This document shows, in pieces, positions 13,426 through 25,984 of a stretch of 64,000 nt of DNA. Below the pieces are notes generated by a model, which was given only the letters and a program-made list of their open reading frames with translations, was not told the origin of the DNA and searched no databases. Origin of the DNA: Kudoa neothunni (Eukaryota; Animalia; Cnidaria); contig OZ199839.1 of NCBI GenBank assembly GCA_964304625.1, positions 9,128,528 through 9,192,527 on the forward strand, in the 5' to 3' direction. The position numbers were made by a program, and so were the translations under genes. Positions within the stretch are counted from its first letter, which is position 1. The number at the start of each line of letters is the position of its first letter.

Positions 13426-14481
13426 ATGCTGAGACTATTGATTAGATCTAATCATACGAAAAATTTCAAACTGTTCCTAAAATTTAAATTAAATGGGACT
13501 GTTCGGAGGAATCTGCATATTAGCCAAGTGTGTTTAAATCGACGAATACCATATGATTTGGCTCCATTTGACATCACTTTAAATGACACAATAGAAAACG
13601 AAATGTTTGACCCAACGAAAGAATGTGAAAGTTTCTGCCGTCGTATTGATTTAGACAAGAAATGTCTTGATGATGTGATTACACTTATCCAAGCCGATAT
13701 GTCCAACGATGTGACCTACCGAAAATCTGTTGCTAATATGACAAATGGCTATTTCTTAACACAAATGTATTTGGCTGAATTGATCGATAGATCATACAAA
13801 TCCAGATTACCGGCTCGCCTAACAAAAATCATGATTGAATTTCTGATGAGTAGAAAATCATTGATTACTACCAGCAACTTTGTAGGATTCAATGATTTGG
13901 TCAAAAAATCCAGTCATTACTTTCAACTACCTAACATACAGGATATGCAATTTTCAAGCGAAGACAAATTAGAGTCGAAACTTGAAACCATTGGCAACAA
14001 CAACGATCCAAATGATGATAGTATTCGTTACAAACATGATCACGTCGATGATGAGGATATTTTTTGTGATAAATTTTATCAATTAATCGACCTATGCCAC
14101 CATGTTTGGAGCAGCGATAAGGTGAAAAAGTTGCTTGAAGATTTCCTCCTACCAAATATAAACGCTATGAATTGGCTGGATGATGTGTGCAAAAGTTTCC
14201 CACAATGCATGGAATACATCAAATGTATCGCCAAGTCCTACAATCCTGATGCAAATGTGCAATATAAACAATCAGAAAATTATAACTATGTAGAGTATCG
14301 TGTATGGTTTAAATCTAAACTTTTTTAGGAAATTACCGATCATAAACATCGAACTGTCACAGGATACATTTTTGTTGACGATTATCTTATCTCCACCTAC
14401 ACCGATAAAAGAGCAACTGTTGTTCGTCAGAATATCGGCTACAACACACTCATTCATCTCATTAATAAAGCCAGAAACTAA
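13426..14481 (+). CDS. MRPL44: Mitochondrial ribosomal protein mL44 (RNase III-like plus dsRBD-like)
   Basis: Transit-like MLRLLIRSN. FDPTKECESFCRRI, GYFLTQMYLAELI…LP…MIEFLMS and FYQLI…LLEDFLL parallel human mL44. A 27-nt intron (14302-14328) adds the exon EITDHKHRTVTGYIFVDDYLIS…ARN*, which is dsRBD-like. Confidence 0.78.
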
Positions 14482-16311
14482 ATGATTTTGTAGAATTGTT
14501 TCTCATAGTTTTTCGGATCGATTATTTTTGATGTCGTTTTTAGCATGTTGATGTGTTTATTTTAATTTTTTTATTAGCGAGTCTGTTAAGAATGTCAAGT
14601 GGTCTTTTAACTTTAAGTTATAGAAATTCGTTTTCGAATAATTTACCGTATAATGTATGGTCTATAGTTTTTTGTTGGATGCATTTTAAACATTAGTCCC
14701 AATAAAGTTAATGTTTCCTTTAAGTCATACGATAAGTAACGGGTTTTACAAAATTTTCTAAAAATAAAGATATAATAAGCAAAATAAAAATCAAGTTATT
14801 AATCAGTCTCACGCAGTTTTTTATATTGTTTATTTATTCTCATTGGCTGGTAAAATTAAATAAAATATAGGGATATTGGTAGTAAATATAAAATAATGAT
14901 GTAATACAGTAACCATACCATGTGAGGATAGAAAAGTATCATTATACTGCATTAACATGGTGCAAATTAAGCTATGTAATGTAATTTGAAAAAATAATAA
15001 AGAATTACATAAGAATTTAGAATACGAACTCTTTAAATGGGTAATTGAATTTGATTATCGTAAACATTATTATTTTGGATTAAAACGTTTATAACCGAAT
15101 TTAATGAAATCGACTCAAAAAAATTAAATAGTATAAAAAATTGTTAAAACTTAAAAGTTAACTAGTTGTTGATTGTTGGATAGAAAAAAATAAAATAACA
15201 AGAATATAAATTTTTATGGTGAGAATACCGCAGTTAATCCATTTATCATTTCCTGCCGAAGAGTTCAAACAACTACGCACAAGGTATTCTACAGATAATA
15301 TCTATAAAATTGATTATTCTCCTTTATTCAACCAGATAAAAATTCAATGACAATTAAAAATCAAAAAATTTTATGTAATTGAAGGAAAAGTTATGTATCA
15401 ATAGGAAAAAATAGTATTAAAGATTCTAGATCTAAAAAAAAGACATATTGTTTAAAAGTAATACAAATTTATTTTCTTCCTAAGGATATTTGTTCTAAAA
15501 GAAAGGGTATTATTTAAATTATATCATAACATCGACATCAAAATATATGAATTTAATGCGTGTGTACAAAAAAATGAGAATTAGTCGTTAAGTAACTAGT
15601 TTTACACATTTTTTCCTCATATAGTAGGTAACAAGAAAAAGTAATACCTACTGTTGTGACTTGTAAATAAATGCAGAAATATGTAGCTTATTAATCTTCA
15701 CAAGGATTAAAAGACAGATTTCCAATGAAAGTATTATTTAGCAAAATTTAGCCTTGTATGATAAAATTCTTTGTTTAGAAATTGCATCAACATTCCTCAC
15801 ATCTAAATCAAATTATAAAAAAAATCTTTACGATGATTGCGATTAATTTTATAGTAATGTGATGATGGTAATAAATTAAAACTTTTTTAAAGCCATCTAT
15901 TAGTTATTTGAATATATAACTTATTAAATTAAGGGAAATCCATTAATTAATATTTAATTCCGTTATTAAATAGTAAAGAATTATCACAATTCCTCTCCTA
16001 AAAGCAATATACTTATATACTTACGTTTAATTTTTTTCAAAAATAGTAAAAGAGTTCAGAGTTTTTATTTATTAATTTTTAAAGATATTTGATAAATTTT
16101 TTATTATATAGATTCTATTTCGGTCAAACCGTATTAAGGGTTCTTAATATATTGGTACTTATATACACGACTATAAAACATTAAATAACTATGTATATTG
16201 TTGAAAAAACATATCTTCTAATAATATTTAAAAAAAGGTAAAATCATTAAAATGGTCCCTTTTATTGGTAGTAAATAAAAACAGACACATTAAAATTATC
16301 AGACGTTGTTC

Positions 16312-16384
16312 GGGGGATTAGCTCACCTGGTAGAGCGCTCGCTTTGCATGCGAGAGGTAGCGGGTTCGACTCCCGCATTCTCCA
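16312..16384 (+). tRNA. tRNA-Ala (anticodon UGC)
   Basis: Full cloverleaf: acceptor GGGGGAT/ATTCTCC+A with G3:U70, anticodon arm CTCGC-TT-TGC-AT-GCGAG, T-loop GTTCGAC, TTTT terminator just downstream. Confidence 0.97.
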
Positions 16385-17292
16385 CAAGGGTTTTGCCGTT
16401 ATTGATCTATTTTATTGAATGGGTGGGGGATAAATTCACCTTTTTCAGTTTGTAGTTGACCTACATCAATATTGACCATTTGTATAATTCCTTGTCTGAT
16501 TTTTCGATTGGAAGTTACTTCATAGTGTATTTTTCCTATTGAGAGTGCTGAAAACATTTTGATGAGCGCAACGCAACGATACTTTTAAGATTACCCCGAA
16601 TGAACTTAAAACTATAATCTGGAAACAAATATAATAATAAGTCATATGTGGGTTATAATTTTCAGGAATTGATTTAAGAGAGTGCATCTTTTATCCAAAT
16701 TGTTTATCCCCAGATAAATTTAGAGTTCATTATGTTTTTCGTTAAAAATCAATAATTTAGGATGTTAGTTCTCTAAATGAGAATAGAAATATAGGCTGAA
16801 AATTTCAGTGGAAAATTTCTGCTCCTAGCATGGATAAAATGTATACGAATTATAACGATTCGATATAAAAATTATTCAATAAGATAATCGCCAATCCATA
16901 ATTCTGCATAAAGAAACAAATGGTCAGAAATGCGTTGTATTACATTTATCTATCGAATAGGTTGTTATAAATCCCCTTTGTTTCGTATCCCAATGAATTC
17001 ATGTTCAGATTTTTAGGCTAACCATTTTATTTAAGTTTACTTCATTATTTCTAAAACCAATATCAAAATTAAAAATTAACTTATGTTACTAAAATACACA
17101 CTAATTTATACGATAAAAAAATCGTTAGTTTATTCATATGTACCCAGGACTGTTAGGGTTTGGGTTTTTTTCATTTTTTACAAAATCTTGGTTCTTTTGT
17201 TGATAACCTGTGAACATTGAATAATAACACAATTTTTTTTATGTGCGGCATTAATATTTATATTTTTAATAACGTATTCTATTTAGAATATA

Positions 17293-17670
17293 CATTAGGC
17301 AATCGATATTACCCACTTTCATCGGTACAAAATATTCAAAGTTTATATTGAATGAGACATTTTATTATATTTTTTCGATTGTAACAAGATAAAAGTCTTA
17401 AAAATATTTTTTAATTAAACTAGGAAATTTCCTATTTGTTATATCATATGACTAAACAATAATACACACTTTTTTCGGCCAAACCGTGTTGATTAAATTG
17501 TTTTTATTGGAAACGAGGGAAAAATTCTAATTTTTACGGTCGAATTTTTGAACAAATGGAATAAGTTTTTTTGAGATATCTATTAACAAATGATCATTTT
17601 CATATTCATGGAAATGTTAATTGCCAATTAAAGAATGTTATAGATTTACATAAATAAAGATTGTAGAATA
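17293..17670 (+). repeat. Dispersed repeat (TA-CAGT-ended, pogo/Tc1-like end); second copy at 43548-43910
   Basis: Long co-linear similarity, e.g. GGCCAAACCG…GATTAAATTGTTTTTATTGGAAA…GAATTTTTGAAC…GAGATATCTAT, at both sites. Confidence 0.7.
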
Positions 17671-17824
17671 AAAATATAAAAAAAGTGTTTTCATATTGCG
17701 TTAAAAAATAAATAATAAAATTTTAAACAGTAGATGGATGGTCGTGGGCATTAAAATGGGAATTGGGTCCAAGGTGCCCACGACTCATCTCATCTCATCT
17801 CATCATTTGGGCCACTTTATTCTT

Positions 17825-18055
17825 AAGCTTATAAGTAAGAGTGAGTGTTCGCGCCAATAAATTGCAACAATACGTTTATAAATTTCAATTTAATATCTGA
17901 AGACGTAATTATAGAATCGGAAGATTAAAAATTTTGATAGATTCTATTCTATTTTTTGTTGTATTTTAAACTAGCGTTTTCCTCTACTTTGTTTTTTACT
18001 TAAACACCGTGAGGTTTTGACTGTCATTCCTTGGGGTTTTTTGAACCCTGTTAGC
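17825..18055 (+). repeat. Dispersed repeat; inverted copy at about 52567-52760
   Basis: GTTCGCGCCAA…AAGACGTAATTAT…GAATCGGAAGA…TTTAAACTAG matches the reverse complement of 52600-52745. The 52567 end CAGGGCTGTC resembles a hAT terminus. Confidence 0.6.
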
Positions 18056-18795
18056 ACTCCTCTATACTTTATATGTCCTTAAGTGCGCATGTGCGAATTG
18101 TTGGCACTGATAAACAGACGTTCAGGAAACTTTATAAACTTTGAGATATTCAATAAATTCTCTTACTTATTAATTAATCCTCAAAAGCTTTCAAATTATT
18201 CAAAAATAACTATTTTAGTGATTTTATTGATTATAATGATTTTAATATTTTAAGCGGATTATGCTATTTTCATAATAGAATAACATTCCCTTATTTTTAA
18301 CTAATGATCATTTAAAGCTAGCATTAAATTTAATATAAAAAATTATTCGTATATCCAGCAGTTTGTTGGAATGGGCGAATTAATTATTTCACTTCAAAGT
18401 AAATTTTCATCTAGACAATTAGATTTTATTATGTTTTTGTTTATATAAAATATTTTACTTTTAGCTATCACATTCACAAAAAGGATTAATTTTAAACAAA
18501 TTCATTTTTTAATGCATATTTCGTATTAAAATATGTCTAATTTCGATGGAAGCTTTGGACTTGACGATATTAAATTTTTTTGTAAGAATTTTCGACTTGA
18601 TTAAAATAAATCCGAAAAATGTAACCTTTCTACTATATTACTATATATCTTTAGTTTCTATTCAATCTCTATAATACATCCATCAACCCAAAACTTTATA
18701 TTATATTTATTATTTTTTATTGGTGTAACTCCTCATCAAAATTTACAATTCAGGGGTCAACGTGACCTGTCTCAATCAGTGGTCACGTTTTCAAG

Positions 18796-19755
18796 ATGAA
18801 GGTCGCACAGTTGGTTTTTGTAACTGGGAATCAAAGCAAGCTTACAGAGGTAAAAGCTATAATTTCCAAAGGGTTTCCATGTGAAGTGGTCAGCCAAGAT
18901 GTGGACTGTATTTCATTGGGTTTTATTATTTTTGTTCGAATAAACACATTATGTGTAGTGTTAGAATATCAAGGTGAGCCAGATGATGTGGTTACTCAGA
19001 AATGTTTGAGTGCATATTCTAAAGTTGATACTTTCTTCTCAAATATGATACAAATGATATTCAACTTAATTAGATCCAAAAACCATGCATGGTGGAAGAC
19101 ACGTGTTTGTGTTTCAACGCTTTTCATGGATTACCAGGTCCATACATGTATATTGGACTGTAGTCTCGCCTATCTCAATTTTTCAAATAATAAAAACGAA
19201 CCGAAATCCTATTTTATTTAATTTTATTTTATTTTTAGTAAATGGTTCCTAAAAAAATTAAAACCTGAAGGTATCATTAGATTTTAGATTATAGTTATTT
19301 GAATCGGTCATTATCTTAATGTTTCACAACTGATCAAGGTCTCTACAAAATGTTGAGTGGCTTTGATGACAAAAGTGCTTATGCAATGTGTACATTTGCG
19401 GTGACATTTGATGGCAAAAATGTTCAACTATTTCATGGAAAAACCCCGGTAGATAGAATTTTGTATAACAACTCAAATATGAGATAACATAAATTAAAGG
19501 GGCAAATAGTTGCACCAAGAGGAGCGAATGATTTCGGTTGGGATCCATGTTTTCAACCTGACAACCACAATCTCACGTATGTTATTTGTAGCGGAAATTT
19601 TTGTATTAACATCCGATTTTAGTTATGCGGAAATGGATAAAACTCTTAAAAATCAAATATCACATAGATACAAGGCACTATCAAACATGCTAGCTAACAT
19701 GAAAATGCCCCCCCCCCCCCCAATAAAATCACAACACATTCGACCAACAAAATAA
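18796..19755 (+). CDS. ITPA: Inosine triphosphate pyrophosphatase (Ham1 family), 7 exons
   Basis: Spliced product contains [48 protein letters not shown] and ISHR. All introns are GT-AG. Confidence 0.95.
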
Positions 19756-19765
19756 TGAGAGAAAT

Positions 19766-20254
19766 TTAATGATTTGACGGCATGTTTGCCGCATTTAATA
19801 ATTGTTTCTTTTTCTGTTTGGAGAGTGTTTTCCATAAAGCTTGAAATTCCTCCATACTATTGATACTGAGATCGGTTGCAAATTTTATATCATCACTAAC
19901 CAACTGTTGGTATCCCTTGAACAACGCATTATTGAATAAGGCATTATTCAAAGAAATTACAGCGTAGGCTTGTTGAATTAGATCGGTGTCAAATTGTGCT
20001 TTGAGTTCATTGCATTTTTTGTAGTATTTTTCTTTATCGTTATCTGACAACGTTCTCCACTCGGTGCCGATTAGTTTAACGATTTGTTGTGGTGACGCCT
20101 CCGGATTTTTCTCCTTTACACAGGAGTAGTTTTCTTTCGTGAATATCGAGTACACAGAGGGTGCTCTTTTGGTGAGTGTTCTCACATTGTTAAGTAGTGT
20201 TTGCTTTGTGTTGAAATATGAAAAACGGGCGGTAAACGTAAACGACGAGGCCAT
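19766..20254 (-). CDS. TFAM: HMG-box protein, TFAM-like
   Basis: ATG at 20254 gives a transit-like MASSFTFTARFSY. Box A KRAPSVYSIF…KLIGTEWRTLSDNDKEKY is followed by a degenerate box B (YQQLV…ALWKTLSKQKKKQL). Intronless. Confidence 0.72.
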   Translation of the reverse strand: MASSFTFTARFSYFNTKQTLLNNVRTLTKRAPSVYSIFTKENYSCVKEKNPEASPQQIVKLIGTEWRTLSDNDKEKYYKKCNELKAQFDTDLIQQAYAVISLNNALFNNALFKGYQQLVSDDIKFATDLSINSMEEFQALWKTLSKQKKKQLLNAANMPSNH

Positions 20255-20526
20255 TTCAATTTTGCTTTGCAAAGTGCGCACGCAGCAAACCGAAAAAGAT
20301 TGTTTAAATTTTATGAAACCAGTCCATGCGCTTATTCTCGCCACTTTGCAAACGCATAAAGAGCAATGTAATATAGGTTCCAATTTACTGACCAATGATG
20401 ATTTATATGAATCGAGAATTATCAAACTCACACGAAAATATCAAAAATAAGTCAATTTGCCAAAAATACGCAATAAAAACACACAATTTCATTTATATAT
20501 ACGAACATAGACAAAATCATATACAA

Positions 20527-21133
20527 TTACAAAATGTCAATACCTGATGAAACATGACTGATGTCAATTCCTTGTAGAAGCATTTTCTATGAAGAGGAGA
20601 TTGGTCAGAGTCTTTGGTTTTCACTACAAACTTACTTCCTCCATATCGGTAACATCTTTTATTGTACTGCCTTTTTTCTCATCAGACTCGGGTGTAGAAC
20701 TTACCACGGCATCAGAATCGGAGGGTTTTTTAATAGCTGGGGCAACAGTGTTAATCATATTAAAGCGTTTTTTTCTAGCCTGAATTTTCTCATCATCCTA
20801 AATCAAAAATATTATTAGAATCTATCAGCAGGTAAATCACCATGGCAACTGCAAGACCAAATCTTATTCTTCTCGCCAAAATTCTATCATCAACAACAAT
20901 TTTGTCCCTATTAAATCTAAACTGACAGTTGACTCAAGTTGGAAACATCAGCATAAAAACCTATCCATTCGTTTTTGTTTTCTAACAGTTTCACTGTCTG
21001 GTGGTAAATCAAAAACAATCTCTCTATTGGATTTCTATGTGAAACGAGTGGTTTCAAAAAACCCATAGTAGCCATTTGATATTACGTTATTGGACTTATT
21101 TTCAGTTTTATTGGACGTGGATGCAGCAACCAT
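20527..21133 (-). CDS. THO1/SARNP/MOS11-like mRNA export factor (no SAP domain seen)
   Basis: Five in-frame exons give three R-x-x-RF motifs (RKQKRMDRFN, ILARRIRFGL, KIQARKKRFN), typical of the SARNP/Tho1 C-terminus. Confidence 0.6.
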
Positions 21134-23686
21134 CAGAATTTACTCGGGGTGAAGTCGGGACACTTCGCATATAATAAAATCTAATCGTTTAACAAAGTGC
21201 ATACATCTGTCACAGCTGATAATCTTTGCAGAAAACTACTAGGATTAAGATAATTAAAAATTATATTTACGCAAAGAAGGCTCACCAATTATCAGTACTC
21301 ATTACTGGATTAGGTCCACCTAAATTTCGATAATTGTTTTTTTATTTTATTATAAGTGATTAGATATTAATCCGTTAAAATTTTAATCTTATAATATTAC
21401 ATTATTATAATGATTTTAATGATTTAAATAACTTAAATAATATTAGGATGTCATTGGGAAATTAAAAGCTAGGATATGAAACAAATAAAAAAATCTAATG
21501 GTGCTATGATTAAATTGTTTACAGATAGATTATGGTTGTGTTTAAACTTTAAATAATCGGCCACTATTTGTTTAATTTACCGATATATTACCTTAAAGTA
21601 TTTTTTTACTTGTTTTCCAAGTGATTATAATCGATTTAAATCAATAAATCTTGATATTATTCAATTTAAATTATAATTTACGTATAAACTATGATATTGA
21701 GGTTCGAAAATTTTGAACAACCTTGAAACATTTGTAACTGGATTTAGATCTGCATTGTCTGATCCATTTAAGTTTCCGCATCCCCTATCAAAAAAAGAGA
21801 ATCAACCTTTAAGTCACATGAAAATTTACACCCTCCAAGTATGTATTATGTATAATTGAGGTCCAAAATACCCCAAGTTTTTATTTGATAAAATATTTGA
21901 GACTGCATATTTTCTATAGACATAACTCCAAATTCAGCTCATATAGTAAAATTAATTCTTCATTTAATTTGCACTTAAAGTGATAAAAAACATCATAATC
22001 CTGTTATAGACATAGTCTGTTGCATAAAACAGGTAACATAGATACGCTTGACGTATTCATTATAGCGGAAACAACGCGTTTTCTGTCACACCTAAATATG
22101 CCGTGGTTCATGAATATGACAACAATTTCCGGATTATTTTGTTACCTCAATATTTTCCATACCATCAAAATGTGAAACTCGCATTATTTGGAGAAATTTA
22201 TGTATTGAGAATAAACCAAGATATCTCTTCAAAAGAATTTTCGATTATCCTTGTGATATCCCATCAGAAATAAACAACTAATGAACCCATCCAATTCGAT
22301 CTATCACCAAAAATTTTTCCACCCATGCATGTACTGGTATGTTTTAGAATAATGGTGTACATAACAGAATTAAATATTATTCTGAAATTAGCAATTGTAT
22401 GTTGTAATAAAAACGGAGAGACACCAGGACAACTACTTATAATATTTGCAACACATGTTCTAGAATCTAGATGCCAACGGCGGGTTCATCGATATTAACG
22501 TTCCGTTCTTGTGTATTAATGAGTTGTGTTGTATATCTGTATCAATGTCAAATTTTCCTAACAATAAATAATCATGAAACGAGGAAAATGTGTCTGAAGA
22601 CTCGGTATCAGAGTAATTACTATTAAGCTCACTTGAACACATCATTGAAATTAATTATGGTACATACGCAATGTAGATCAAGATATGATATTCATGCAAT
22701 AAAAATATATTTACCTGATAGAATTTTTTCAAGGTTTCTCCAAACATTTCATTTGAATCCACATTTTGGATAATTAGATGAAAAAAATCTACTTTATTAG
22801 TGGTGGGCACTACTTTTAGAGATGCCAACCATATTAGCGCATTACAGAAGCTTGGAGAGCCGCATTGTTGATTACGCATTTTTTTGATAATGTAAATACT
22901 TGTTGGTGGTTTTTGTAACATTTTTGGTATAATAAAAAAAGTAAGTATATAAATTAATTTAAAAATTCTTCCAATCAGTAAAATTTACTAAGGAATTAAA
23001 TAGATTTTTCAAATATAGAAATATTATGATTGGCATACTATTGTAAGCTACGATTGAAATAATAGGCTTTATACTTAATAAACTTTAATTTTAGCTGAAG
23101 TTATGAAAATTTAATAATACTTATTAAGTAAACATGAAATATATAAACAATTACTCTGATAGAATTATTTCATAGTCATTTTAAAGATGATATTCAATAT
23201 AACATATCATACTCTAAAAGAGGCCCAAGTTATAAATATGAGTATAATAAAGTTGGCCAAAAAATTACAGTTTGATATTTCAGATTACACCAAACTTTTT
23301 GTGACCTATATATCATCAACGCATAGAATTTTCATAAAATTTATTACGAAATATTTCGATTCTAAAGTATAATATATATAACTTGAAATTATAAAAATCG
23401 TAATTTTTGGTAATTATTATCTACGCAAATTCATATTTTTTATGGTTTTGTAAAATGATTTTTCAGAATAAAAATTCCATCCGAAAAAGTTATCATAAAT
23501 TATTATTTGTTTCCCTTAATTATTTTTCTTTCAATTTCATTTATTTATAGCAATAAATAAAAGAAATATTTATCATAAGGTTTCAACTCTTAATTGATTG
23601 ATTTTAAATATTATAACTCTCAAATATTTATATTTCAAGGCCGTTTGTCCTCTATCGTTATCGTTGATTTTCTCACTGAATTCCCT

Positions 23687-23687
<1 letters not shown>

Positions 23688-23714
<27 letters not shown>
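23688..23714. repeat. (TA)n microsatellite; another at about 52522-52553
   Basis: Directly visible in the sequence. Confidence 0.9.
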
Positions 23715-23719
<5 letters not shown>

Positions 23720-25984
23720 GGTGCTGTCGCATCAAGTTATGTTCCTTTAATACAGGAACTGTGATTCAAGACAAAGCCAACAGACCGCTTTATCCATTGA
23801 ATGTGTGAAGAAATATTTTTGAGTCCAATCATCATTAATTGTACAAACATGTGATGTCAAAAAATGACGATTAATAAGGGAAGTTTGAGCGCATTATCAC
23901 TCGATAAAATTAAGAAGAGAATTCAAAATTATTCCTACATTAAACTGATAAATTTTGATACACCTCTATTATAAACAGATATAGTTAAAAATCTAAGGAT
24001 AACTAAAGAATTACACAGATTACATCGACTTTATGCCTTTTAAAATATAGTAACAAATAATTTTTTCATTAATGCATCCTTTTTAATGAAAGATATGATA
24101 ATGGTTCCTATTGCGTTAAACTTCTAATATAGATATGAACATCGCATGTTCATGTTTTTTAACATTTGGTTATTTTTAGATTCTTTTGTCGTAAATTGAA
24201 TCCCAAGTACCAGTTTTTCCCAGTTGTCAATCTATAATTCTATTTTAAGCGCGTATTAGACCTTACTTTGATCACTATTACATACGATAATCACAAGCAG
24301 GATGTAAGCGTAGATAAAATATCAAGTCGGATAAATGAATAGAGTAAAATTAACGTTTATAAATATAAAATATTTGTCCAAAGTTATTTTTAATTAGTTT
24401 ATGAAAGAAAAACGCTGTTTAAATGTTAATAGATTGTGAAAATCGTGTACATTCGAGCAATTTTTCATCCTTCTAAACTCGTCCGCGGGTCGCAATTTTC
24501 CCGTCACTGTACTGTATATACATAGTTCTTATGTTTGTCAGTTGTGTGTTTGCAGCAGTACGCATCTGTCGTGGAAAACAATTTTCAAATACAGCTGTTA
24601 GTGTACATTTGGAAGGATGAAACCATTAATAAAAATCGTTCATTTACTTATAAATACAACTATAATCAATATCAGCATCGTAAGTAATGAATTTTCTGGT
24701 TATTACATCAATTAACAGATTAAAAAGTACCTGCATAATAACAATAATAATATTGATGTTTTTTTACTTTAAAGTAATAATCAATTAGAATGAACTTTTA
24801 CTCACTCTATACAAAGAGAATCTGCAGATTATGGTGTATAATGTTTTGAAAATGTTATATATATATCGTTTGAAGTGATTTTAAGACTAATAAAATTATT
24901 AACGCCACATTTACAAGAGTTGTTACATTACCCTTAAAGTTTGTATCATAACCAAATTATTTACGTTGTAGATTCATTTTAAGAGCATTATGAATATAGT
25001 TGACCGAAAAAGGTTATAATCATTTTAAATAAAACACATAATTCGATATTAAAATTGTTGGAATAATTTGGGTCTTTATATGCATTCTAAAAACGATGTA
25101 AGATGTGAGCAGAGTTTTCAAATAATTAAATTTTTGTGATACCTTCCTAAATGAAAATTTCTTTTTATCAAATATATCGATTGAAATTGAAACTATATTC
25201 GTCTTTCGATAAGTATTTACTCATTTTTTGGTTTTCCTAAACTTTCTTGCAAAACGGTTAGCATAACTAATTCGATAAGTTTCTATATTTGATGAGATAA
25301 TTTTTAAAATAATGTTTAACTTGTTAGCAACCTAATCATTCCTAACCCCCAGACCTTAATGTTAATATTCAAATCAATCTATACTTTTCTTTTCTCTAAA
25401 AATAATTCAATATGATATAAAAGCTGCATGAAAATATGCGAAACCGCATTCTATACGTAGTTTAAGAATTTATATTCACGATTACTTTTGCACAAAATAC
25501 AATCCCCTCTCAATCTCAATACATGCCATGTAAATTAATAGGAAATTATTGGTCTATTCGATTTAATTGATATTTTCACAAAGTTATCGTTAATCTAAGA
25601 ATAGTACAATACAAAGAAATTTTTTTACAGTCAATCCAACAATACGTTATTTTTAAAAGGGTGCGCTTCTTCGAGAAAATCAGTTGATATTTAAATATTA
25701 CTGTAATTCTTCAAACCAAACAAACCTTTACATTTTAGATTTAATCGTATTTTGTTTATTAAATTTGAATATTTTTGATAAAAAGCAAGGTTGGATTTAT
25801 TTATAAATGGGGAAATTTTGTTACAATAATGAATACGTAAGTTACCGCTCAGAGCTTTTTAAAATATCATTAACATCTATTATAAAATTGAAAAAATTGA
25901 AAAAAATTGAAAAAAAATGAGTAACAATTAATATTTTTATTTTTAACGCACCTTAGGTCGATTTTATTTTTTTATCGTTTTTAA

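Noticed and set aside
14900-15750. Possible pogo/CENP-B HTH remnant (ELFKW, WIKTF-like)
   Set aside because: Too decayed and no termini found.
20255-20431. N-terminal 59 aa of the 221-aa HMG ORF
   Set aside because: It begins at a non-ATG codon; the first ATG (20254) gives a sensible transit peptide.
21020-21085. Possible GC-AG or other non-canonical intron in the SARNP-like gene
   Set aside because: An upstream GT donor (aac|gtaata) keeps the frame; no non-canonical introns were needed in the genes reconstructed.
21700-22921. Short minus-strand ORFs that look like a decayed gene
   Set aside because: Multiple stops, no recognisable motif and no consistent splice model.
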